The notes: generated by a model from the letters alone, not told the origin. Positions 28,929 to 35,984 are shown, numbered from the stretch's first letter. The stretch is DNA of 44,723 bases from Thermoleophilia bacterium (GCA_019683855.1 JADGHP010000001.1:1-44723); one strand, 5' to 3'. Program-made: numbers and translations.

Positions 28929-28946
28929 GGCGAACATATGTTCGCC
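28929..28946. promoter_or_regulatory. LexA (SOS/Cheo) box inside an 18-bp perfect palindrome, overlapping a -10-like hexamer of the fusion gene
   Basis: GGCGAACATATGTTCGCC has the core CGAAC-ATAT-GTTCG at 28931-28944. On the minus strand, TATGTT ends 7 nt before the ATG at 28925. The core has the same architecture as the box upstream of lexA at 34214-34227. Confidence 0.7.
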
Positions 28947-29085
28947 ACGCGGCCGGACGGAGACCTCTCGAGCTTCTACGTGTCGTCGATGCCTCCTACG
29001 CGCTCCACGGTTGAGCCGGTGCAAGGCGTCGCGCTGGCGCAAGAGACGCGAGTCGGCTTCGTAGTCATCGTCGAAGCGAGCATGA

Positions 29086-29565
29086 CGAGAAGGACCGTCC
29101 TCCCGCTCCTTCGACGGCTCGACCTCTCTCGAGCCGCGGGAGCGGCGCTTCTTCAGGACGATCTCGAAGCGCGAGTGGACGTGGATCAAGCACACGATCC
29201 TCGGCCGCTACCTGCGCCCCTGGAGCATGAAGGTGGGCACCCTCGCCAAGACGATCTGGGTCGTCGACTGCTTCGCGGGCGCGGGCAGCTACGAGGACCT
29301 CCTCACGGGTGAGCGCATCGACGGGTCGCCGGTGATCGCGGCGCTCGAGGCGCGCAGGCACGCCGAGCAGCGCCCCGGCCGTGAGATGCGCGTCATCTGC
29401 GTCGAGCGCAATCGGAAGAACTACGCCGACCTGGTCGAGCGCGTGTCCGGCTTCAGCGACGTCGTCACCGCCCTCAGGGGCAACTTCGCTCGCCACATCG
29501 AGGCGATCACGAAGACGATCGGCGACGACCCGGCGCTGATCTTCCTCGACCCGATCGGCGTGAAG
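29086..29565 (+). pseudogene. Second TcmP-like gene, damaged at both ends
   Basis: The frame opening at 29086 reads ...FFRTISKREWTWIKHTILGRYLRPWSMKVGTLAKTIWVVDCFAGAGSY...VICVERNRKNY...ALIFLDPIGVK, which parallels the TcmP domain of the fusion. There is no ATG/GTG/TTG before the conserved N-terminal motif (an ATG at 29082 is in another frame). Homology ends at about 29565, where IS110 transposase sequence begins. Confidence 0.6.
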
Positions 29566-30813
29566 GCAAGTACGGCGGAGGGGCCGAGACCGAGCACGCC
29601 GCCTGCCTGCTCTCCCCGACGGAGGAGGTACTCAGGCGGCTGCGGATCGGCCGCGACGTCCAAGGCGTCGAGCGGCTCGTCCGCGCGATCGGCGAGCTCG
29701 AGCCGGATCCGGCCCCGGTGCTGGTCGCCATCGAGACCGCGCACGGGCTGCTCGTCTCCGCGCTCCTCGAGGCCGGCTACACCGTCTATCCGATCAACCC
29801 GAAGGCGGTCGAGCGCTACCGGAGCAGGACGCGCGTCTCGCGCGCGAAGACCGACCCGGCCGACGCCGAGCTGCTCGCCCGGATCCTTTGCACCGACCGG
29901 GAGCGCCACCGTCCGCTGTCGGTCTCCTCGGCCGAGCGGGAGGAGATCCGCTCGCTCGCCCGCGACGACGCGCGCGCCGCCCGCGACCAGCGGCGGCTCT
30001 TGAACCGGCTGCGCCAGGACCTGCTGGCCGTCTTCCCGCAGGCGCGTGAGGCGTTCGACGACCTCGCCGCCCCCACCTGCCTCGCCTTCCTCGCCCGCTG
30101 GCCGAGCGCCAGCGAGGCGGCCGCGGTCGACGAGGCCGAGCTGGAGGCGTTCTTCCGCGGGCAGCGGCACGGCTGGCCCGCCCGCGCCGCGGCGCGCATC
30201 CGCGCCGCCCTGACCGCGCCCGCCCTGACCGCGCCGCCCCACCTTGCCTCCGCGAAAGCGGGCACGATCCGGCTCGCCTGCGAGCAGCTGCTCCTGATCC
30301 ACCGCCAGCGGCGCGCCTGGGAGCGGCGACTGCGCGAGCTGTTGGAAGGCGAACGAGCGCACCCTGACGGCGAGATCTACCTGAGCCTGCCCGGGCTCGA
30401 CATCCGCCTCGCCGCCAGGGTGTTGGCCGAGGTCGGAGACGGCGCCACCGACTTCACCGTCCCCAACCAGCTCCAATGCTACGGCGGCACCGCGCCGGTC
30501 ACCAGACGCTCCGGCAAACAGCTCACCATCGCCTGCCGGCTCGCCTGCAACCGCCACCTCCGCCAGGCCGCGATGCAATGGGCCTTCTGCAGCCTCAGCC
30601 GCAGCGCCTGGACCCGCGACTTCTACGACCGCCAAGCGCCACCGGCAAAACCCACTACAAAGCCCTCCGAGCCCTCGCCAACCACTGGCTCGAACTGCTC
30701 TGGCACCTCCCCCACAAGCGCGCCCTCTACAACGAGAGCACCCATCAACACAACCGCTCCAAAGCCGAAGCGACAGCATGCGCCGCGTAGAAGATGGACA
30801 AAGGGTGTCTCAC
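29566..30813 (+). mobile_element. IS110-family element remnant (transposase lacking its first residues and 5' non-coding end; frameshift near the 3' end)
   Basis: The transposase reads ..AETEHAACLLSPTEEVLRRLRIG...PVLVAIETAHGLLVSALLEAGYTVYPINPKAVERYR...KTDPADAELLARIL...LSLPGLDIRLAARVLAEVGD...GTAPVTRRSGK...WTRDFYDRQ. After a 1-nt shift at about 30634-30642 it continues ATGKTHYKALRALANHWLELLWHL... to the TAG at 30788-30790. Confidence 0.75.
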
Positions 30814-31161
30814 CGCCAGCCCTGGGGCGTGAGCGGGCTCGCCTGCGCGGCGCTCGCGACGTGCGCCGGAGATCGCGACACGCCGAGGCGCGTCGCCGGC
30901 GAGGTGGCCGCCGCCCGCGTCGAGCTCGCGGAGGCGCTCGGCTCGCTTGCCGGCCTCCGCGTCTGGCCGTCCGCGGCGAACTTCCTCCTCGTGCGAACGC
31001 CGGAGGGACCCCGCCTCGTCGAGGCGCTCCGTCGACGGAGAATCGCCGTCCGCCCCGCCGCCTCCTTCCCCGGCTTGAACGAGAGCTACGTTCGGATCGC
31101 CGTGCGCACGCGCGACGACAACATGCTGCTCGTGGGGGCGCTGGGGGAGCTGCTCGCGTAG
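30814..31161 (+). pseudogene. C-terminal fragment of a CobD/CobC-type (HisC-family) PLP-dependent threonine-phosphate decarboxylase
   Basis: RQPWGVSGLACAALATCAGD...LRVWPSAANFLLVRTPEG...IAVRPAASFPGLNESYVRIAVRTRDDNMLLVGAL corresponds to only about the last 115 residues of such an enzyme. The PLP-lysine region is absent, and the upstream sequence is the IS110 remnant. Confidence 0.6.
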
Positions 31162-31259
31162 ATGCCGCTCGTCTCTGCGATCGGAGGCACGGGCAGCGGC
31201 AGGCCGAAGCCGGCTGCGCCGCGAGCGGCGGAACGGCTGCCCACGGCGAGGATCGCCCC

Positions 31260-33101
31260 GTGAGCCTCGGCGAGCGCTTCGAGCGGCCGCCGCTGCCGCC
31301 CGGCTTCGACGAGTCGCGCGCCCGCGAGCGGCGCAGCGACCCAGCCGGCTGGCGCTTCGACGACGCCGAGCGGGCAGGGGTCTGGCGGGCGATCACCGAG
31401 CGCCGCGACATCCGCCGCTTCCGTCCCGACCCGCTGCCCGACGAGTTGCTCCGCCGGCTGCTGGAGGCCGCCCACCAGGCGCCCTCGGTTGGGCTGATGC
31501 AGCCGTGGCGGTTCATCCTCGTCCGCGAGGAGCGGACGAAGGCGGAGATGCAGGCTCTCGTCGCCCGCGAGCGGCTCGTCCAGGCCGAGCGCTTCGACGA
31601 GCGTGCCCGCCACTACCTCGACCTGAAGATCGAGGGCATCCGCGAAGCCCCGCTCAGCATCTGCGTCTGCTGCGACCGCGAGCCGGGCCGCGAGGTGCTC
31701 GGCCGGCACACGATCCGCGACACCGACCTCTACAGCACCTGCCTCGCGATCGAGAACCTCTGGCTCGCCGCCCGCGCCGAAGGCGTCGGCGTCGGCTGGG
31801 TCTCCTTCTACCGCGAAGACGACCTCCGCGCCCTGCTCGGCCTCCCCGAGCGGGTCGTCCCGGTCGCCTGGCTCTGCCTCGGCTACCCCGACGAGCGGCC
31901 CAGCCGCCCCGGCCTCGAAGCCGCCGGCTGGGAACGCCGCCGCCCGCTCGACGAGCTCGTCTTCGCCGAGCGTTGGGGGAAACGCGAGTCGGAGCCGCGC
32001 CCGCCAACGATCGTCGCTTCCGCATACGCGGTGGCGCCGACCGAGCAGCCGGACTGGTGGCGGCGGCTCGCCGACGAGGTCCGGCCGGGCGACCCGACCG
32101 CCGCCATCCGTGTCCGCGACGCCTCCGACGAGCTTGTGAAGCCTGCCGGCAGCCTCGGCGCCCTCGAGACGCTGCTCGAGCGGTGGGCGATCGCGACCGG
32201 CACGACCCCGCCCAGCCGGCCGCGCGCCGGCATCATCGTCTTTGCCGCCGACCACGGCGTCGCGGAACGCGGCGTCAGCCTCTACCCCGCCCGCGTCGGC
32301 GCCCAGGTCGCCGCGGCCGCCGCCCGCGGCGAAACCGCGATCGGTGTTCTCGCCCGCGCGCTCGGCGCCGAGCTGGTCGTCGCCGACGTCGGCTTGTCCG
32401 GGCCGCGCGTGGCGGGGCTCGTCGACCGGCGCGTCGTCGACGGAAGCGCGGACATCACGAAGGGGCCCGCGCTCACCGCCGGCCAGCTTCGGACGGCGAT
32501 CGAAACGGGACACTCGCTCGCCCGCCATCTCGCCCAGCGCTGCGACCTGCTCATCCTGGGCGAGATCGGCATCGGGAACACGACCGTCGCCTCGGCCCTC
32601 CTCGCGGCGCTCACCCGCCTTCCGCCCGAAGCCGTCTGCGGACGGGGCACCGGTCTCGACGCCCAGGGACTCGAGCGCAAGCGGGACACCGTCGCCTCCG
32701 CCCTGGCCGCGAACGCGCCCGACGGCGCCGACCCGCTCGAGTGCCTCCGCCGGCTCGGCGGTCTCGAGATCGCCGCCCTCGTCGGCGGCCTCCTCGCCGC
32801 TGCCGCCGCGCGACGGCCCGTGCTCCTGGACGGCTTCGCGACCGGCGTCGCCGCGCTCGCCGCCTGTCGCTTGCAGCCGGCGCTCCGCGACTACCTGATC
32901 GCTGGACACCGCTCCGCCGAGCCCGCCCACGCGCGCGTGCTCACCGAGCTCGGCCTCGAGCCGCTGCTCGACCTCCGGCTCCGCCTCGGCGAAGCGAGCG
33001 GCGCGGCCCTCGCGCTCCCGCTCGTCGGCCTCGCCGCCCGCCTCCACACCGAGATGCGGCGATTCGACCAAGCCGGCGTCGACCGCGCCGGCGCGGAGTG
33101 A
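31260..33101 (+). CDS. bluB/cobT: Fusion of BluB (5,6-dimethylbenzimidazole synthase) and CobT (nicotinate-nucleotide:DMB phosphoribosyltransferase)
   Basis: The GTG at 31260 is preceded by GAGGA. The N-terminal half is a nitroreductase-fold BluB (RRDIRRFRPDPLPDELLRRLLEAAHQAPSVGLMQPWRFILV...). The C-terminal half is CobT (DELVKPAGSLGALETLLERWA...IIVFAADHGV...GEIGIGNTT...). The total is 613 aa. It is part of the artefactual 1127-aa track ORF. Confidence 0.85.
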   Translation: MSLGERFERPPLPPGFDESRARERRSDPAGWRFDDAERAGVWRAITERRDIRRFRPDPLPDELLRRLLEAAHQAPSVGLMQPWRFILVREERTKAEMQALVARERLVQAERFDERARHYLDLKIEGIREAPLSICVCCDREPGREVLGRHTIRDTDLYSTCLAIENLWLAARAEGVGVGWVSFYREDDLRALLGLPERVVPVAWLCLGYPDERPSRPGLEAAGWERRRPLDELVFAERWGKRESEPRPPTIVASAYAVAPTEQPDWWRRLADEVRPGDPTAAIRVRDASDELVKPAGSLGALETLLERWAIATGTTPPSRPRAGIIVFAADHGVAERGVSLYPARVGAQVAAAAARGETAIGVLARALGAELVVADVGLSGPRVAGLVDRRVVDGSADITKGPALTAGQLRTAIETGHSLARHLAQRCDLLILGEIGIGNTTVASALLAALTRLPPEAVCGRGTGLDAQGLERKRDTVASALAANAPDGADPLECLRRLGGLEIAALVGGLLAAAAARRPVLLDGFATGVAALAACRLQPALRDYLIAGHRSAEPAHARVLTELGLEPLLDLRLRLGEASGAALALPLVGLAARLHTEMRRFDQAGVDRAGAE

Positions 33102-33339
33102 GTCCGAACCATCCCCAGGCGATCGAGCTCGTGGAGGGCGTGAGCCACGAGCTCGGGATCGAGCCGAACGTGCGACTGGTGAAGGTCGCAGACCAGAAGG
33201 AGGCCCGGCGGTTGCGCTTCCCCGGCTCGCCGACGATCCGCGGCGGCGGCGTCGACGTCGATCCCCACGCCGAGGAACGCCACGACGATGCGCTCGCCTG
33301 CCGGGTCTCCCGCGCGGCCGGGCCGCCCGACCCCGCGGC
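33098..33339 (+). pseudogene. Possible remnant of a small thioredoxin-fold protein (GCPN...GSPTI...CRxY family)
   Basis: A GTG at 33098 overlaps the cobT stop (GTGA). The frame reads (V)SPNHPQAIELVEG...EARRLRFPGSPTIRGGGVDVDPHAEERHDDALACRV. The N-terminal strand and Cys are missing, and the frame has no nearby stop, running antisense through the next two genes instead. Confidence 0.3.
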
Positions 33340-33543
33340 TCAGCCGGCGCGCTCGCCCAGCTCGAGCTGCGCCCCGTCCGCCCCGAGGCGGCCGTGCAGC
33401 GTCATCCCGCACTCGGGGCAGCGGATCGCCGGCCCGTCGTGGAGGACGAACTCGCCGCAGACCGGGCACTCGAGCGAGGCGCCGCGCAGCAACGCGAGCA
33501 GTTCCTGCTCGAGCGTCCGGTGGAGGGGCGCGACGCCGCTCAT
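33340..33543 (-). CDS. 67-aa zinc-ribbon protein (two CxxC pairs), translationally coupled to lexA
   Basis: MSGVAPLHRTLEQELLALLRGASLECPVCGEFVLHDGPAIRCPECGMTLHGRL... The ATG at 33543 lies 1 nt after the lexA stop (TGAGATG), and almost every codon ends in G/C. Confidence 0.6.
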   Translation of the reverse strand: MSGVAPLHRTLEQELLALLRGASLECPVCGEFVLHDGPAIRCPECGMTLHGRLGADGAQLELGERAG

Positions 33544-33544
33544 C

Positions 33545-34177
33545 TCATCCCAGCTCTCGGAAGACGCCGACCACCTTGCCGAGGATCTGCACGTGGCGCG
33601 GATAGATGGGCTCGAGCGCGGCGTTCTCGGGCTGCAGCCGGATGCGGTCGCCGTCGCGGTAGAACGTCTTCACGGTCGCCTCGTCGGCGGACTCGTCGTC
33701 GCCGGCCAGCGCGACCACGATCTCGCCGTTGCGCGCGTCCTGCGTCCGCCGGACGACGACGATGTCGCCGTCGAGGATGCCGGCCTCGATCATCGAGTCG
33801 CCCTTCACGCGGAGCAGGAAGTCGCCGCGCAGCGTCTCGGGGACGGCGATCTCGTCCTCGACGTTCTGCTCGGCGAGCAGCGGCGCGCCCGCGGCGATCT
33901 GCCCGAGCAGCGGCAGCCGCGGCAGCTCCGCGGCCGCGGGCTCGCCCGGCTTCTCGCGCCCGACGAGCTCGAGGGCGCGCGGCTTCGTCGGGTCGCGCCG
34001 CAGGAGCCCGGCGCGCTCGAGGTTGGCGAGGTGCGCGTGCACGGTCGAGGGCGACGCGAGCCCGACCGCCTCGCCGATCTCGCGCACCGTCGGCGGATAG
34101 CCGTGGCGGTCGACGTAGTCGACGAGGAAGCTCCAGATCTGGCGCTGGCGTCCGGTCAGCTCCGCGGTGCTCTGCAT
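33545..34177 (-). CDS. lexA: LexA repressor
   Basis: An in-frame ATG at 34177 starts MQSTAELTGRQRQIWSFLVDYVDRHGYPPTVREIGEAVGLASPSTVHAHLANLERAGLL. The Ala-Gly cleavage site is in GQIAAGAPLL, the Ser in VKGDSM and the Lys in ATVKTF (210 aa). Confidence 0.93.
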   Translation of the reverse strand: MQSTAELTGRQRQIWSFLVDYVDRHGYPPTVREIGEAVGLASPSTVHAHLANLERAGLLRRDPTKPRALELVGREKPGEPAAAELPRLPLLGQIAAGAPLLAEQNVEDEIAVPETLRGDFLLRVKGDSMIEAGILDGDIVVVRRTQDARNGEIVVALAGDDESADEATVKTFYRDGDRIRLQPENAALEPIYPRHVQILGKVVGVFRELG

Positions 34178-34213
34178 CGGGTCTCTCACGCTCCGGGGTC
34201 GGGGACTGGTTGA

Positions 34214-34261
34214 CGAACGTGTGTTCGAGGACAGCCTAGAGACTCCTCCGGACGGCGTCAA
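34214..34261 (-). promoter_or_regulatory. lexA promoter with its autoregulatory SOS box
   Basis: The minus strand reads TTGACG (34261-34256), 17 nt, TAGGCT (34238-34233), 5 nt, then CGAACACACGTTCG (plus strand CGAACGTGTGTTCG, 34214-34227). This lies 37 nt upstream of the lexA ATG. Confidence 0.7.
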
Positions 34262-34269
34262 CGAAGGTG

Positions 34270-34284
34270 TATAGGTGATCTATA
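34270..34284. promoter_or_regulatory. Inverted repeat TATAG-N5-CTATA in the AT-rich patch upstream of the MarR gene (candidate MarR operator)
   Basis: TATAGgtgatCTATA is followed by TATGCT (34294-34299), 6 nt before the GTG at 34306. This is leaderless-type geometry. Confidence 0.3.
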
Positions 34285-34305
34285 TAGCTGTGCTATGCTC
34301 TTGGC

Positions 34306-34728
34306 GTGGTCGCGACCGTCGAGATGCTCGAGCTGGCGAACGCGCTGGGGCCCCGGCTGGCGCGGCTCGTGCGCGTGCTCATCCAGGAGGCCGGCGGCCT
34401 CAGCCGGACGCAGCTCTCCGTGCTCGCGACGCTCCGGGACGGCCCCCGTCGCGTCACCGAGCTGGCCGAGAGCGAGCGCGTCGCGCAGCCGTCGATGACG
34501 GCGCTCGTCTCGCGGCTCGAGCGCGCCGGCTGGGTCACCCGCGGCGCCGACCCCTCGGACGGGCGCGTCGTGAACGTCGCGATCACGCCGGCCGGGATCG
34601 AGACCCTCGACCGCCACACCGCCGCCCGCGCCGCCGCGCTCGCGAAGCGGCTGGAGGCGCTCGCGCCGGAGGAGCGGGACGCGCTCGCGGCGGCACTGCC
34701 GGCCCTCGACAAGCTGATCGACGCGTAG
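34306..34728 (+). CDS. MarR-family transcriptional regulator
   Basis: ORF 34306..34728 (140 aa) has a winged HTH: LSRTQLSVLATLRDGPRRVTELAESERVAQPSMTALVSRLERAGWVTRGADPSDGRVVNVAITPAG. Confidence 0.88.
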   Translation: MVATVEMLELANALGPRLARLVRVLIQEAGGLSRTQLSVLATLRDGPRRVTELAESERVAQPSMTALVSRLERAGWVTRGADPSDGRVVNVAITPAGIETLDRHTAARAAALAKRLEALAPEERDALAAALPALDKLIDA

Positions 34729-34742
34729 AAGGAGGCGAGGGG

Positions 34743-35984
34743 GTGCGGTCCCAGGCGAGCGACCGGCGGCTGCTCCGCCAGCCGAAGGCGGTCTGGGCGG
34801 TCGCGTTCGCCTGCGTCGTCGCCTTCATGGGGATCGGGCTCGTCGACCCGATCCTGCCCGCGCTCGCGAAGAGCCTGCACGCCTCCCCGAGCCAGGTCGA
34901 GCTGCTGTTCACGAGCTACTTCGCGATCACCGGCGCCGCGATGCTCGTCACCGGCTGGGTGTCGAGCCGGATCGGCGCCCGCCGGACGCTGCTCGCGGGG
35001 CTCGCGCTCGTCGTCGCCTTCAGCGCCGCCGCCGGCGCCTCCCGCTCGATCGGGGAGATCGTCGCGGCGCGCGGCGTCTGGGGGCTCGGCAACGCGCTCT
35101 TCATCGCGACCGCGCTCTCGGCGATCGTCGGCGCCGCCTCGGGCGGCCTCGCAGGCGCGATCGTCCTCTACGAGGCCGCGCTCGGGCTCGGGATCGCGTC
35201 GGGGCCGCTCGTGGGCGGCGAGCTGGGCGCGATCAGCTGGCGGGGGCCGTTCTTCGGCACGGCGACCCTGATGGCGATCGGCTTCATCGCCATCGCGGCG
35301 CTGCTCGAGCCGACGCCGGCGCCGGCCCGGGCGGCCTCCCTCGGCGACCCGCTGCGCGCGCTGCGCCACCGCGGGCTGCTCGGTCTGGCGCTGACGGCGC
35401 TCCTCTACAACTACGGCTTCTTCACGTTGCTCGCGTACACGCCGTTCCCGCTCCGGCTCGGCGCGCACCAGCTCGGCTACGTCTTCTTCGGCTGGGGCCT
35501 GCTGCTTGCGCTCTCGTCGGTGCTCCTCGCCCCGCGCGTGCGGGACGCGCTCGGGCTCGTGCCGTCGCTCGCGGGCGCGTTCGCGCTCGTCGCCGCCGAC
35601 CTCGTCGCGATGGGGGTCTGGACGTCGACGCGGCTCGCGCTCGTCGTCGCGGTGGTCGTGGCGGGGCTCTTCCTCGGCGTCGTGAACACGCTCGTCACCG
35701 AGACGGTGATGCGCGTCTCCCCGGTCGAGCGCGCGACCGCGTCGGCCGCGTACAGCTTCGTGCGCTTCATCGGCGGCGCGGCGGCGCCCTACCTCGCGGG
35801 CCGGCTCGCCGAGCGGTTCAGCCCGCACGTGCCGTTCTTCGTCGGCGCGACCGGAGTGGTCGCGGCGATCCTCGTGCTCCTCGCGCACCGGCGCGAGGTG
35901 ACGCAGGAGCACGAGCCGGCGCGGCGGGAGGCGCTCGGCGAGCCGGCGCGCGCGTACGCGCTCACGGCGAGCGAGGCCGACTGA
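34743..35984 (+). CDS. MFS transporter (drug/metabolite efflux type)
   Basis: The GTG at 34743 is preceded by GAAGGAGG. The 413-aa 12-TM-like protein reads ...GIGLVDPILPALAKSLHASPSQVELLFTSYFAITGAAMLVTGWVSSRIGARRTLL. The upstream part of track ORF 34275..35984 overlaps the MarR gene out of frame. Confidence 0.85.
   Translation: MRSQASDRRLLRQPKAVWAVAFACVVAFMGIGLVDPILPALAKSLHASPSQVELLFTSYFAITGAAMLVTGWVSSRIGARRTLLAGLALVVAFSAAAGASRSIGEIVAARGVWGLGNALFIATALSAIVGAASGGLAGAIVLYEAALGLGIASGPLVGGELGAISWRGPFFGTATLMAIGFIAIAALLEPTPAPARAASLGDPLRALRHRGLLGLALTALLYNYGFFTLLAYTPFPLRLGAHQLGYVFFGWGLLLALSSVLLAPRVRDALGLVPSLAGAFALVAADLVAMGVWTSTRLALVVAVVVAGLFLGVVNTLVTETVMRVSPVERATASAAYSFVRFIGGAAAPYLAGRLAERFSPHVPFFVGATGVVAAILVLLAHRREVTQEHEPARREALGEPARAYALTASEAD

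Noticed and set aside
20176-30813. Searched the island for an integrase/recombinase, for att-type direct repeats of the rnpB 3' end, and for CRISPR-like spaced repeats.
   Set aside because: No tyrosine- or serine-recombinase motifs were seen in any frame. The only shared string with the rnpB end is the 8-mer AGCCCTGG (20153 and about 30816), which is too short to mean anything. There are no regularly spaced repeats anywhere in the window.
31162-31259. Looked for a cobalamin riboswitch upstream of bluB/cobT, and also in 23171-23841.
   Set aside because: I found no B12-box-like element and no characteristic GCCACTG pairing. The 98-nt spacer is also too short for the full aptamer.
29718-33101. 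1127-aa plus-strand ORF that looks like one giant protein.
   Set aside because: It is a read-through artefact. It concatenates the IS110 transposase frame (past its frameshift), an out-of-frame reading of the cobD fragment and spacer, and the genuine BluB-CobT gene, which starts at 31260.
31505-34213. 902-aa plus-strand ORF and 661-aa minus-strand ORF (31086..33071) across bluB/cobT and lexA.
   Set aside because: These are out-of-frame or antisense shadows of BluB-CobT, the zinc-ribbon ORF and lexA. Only the short segment 33098-33339 shows any protein-like motif, and it is listed separately at low confidence.
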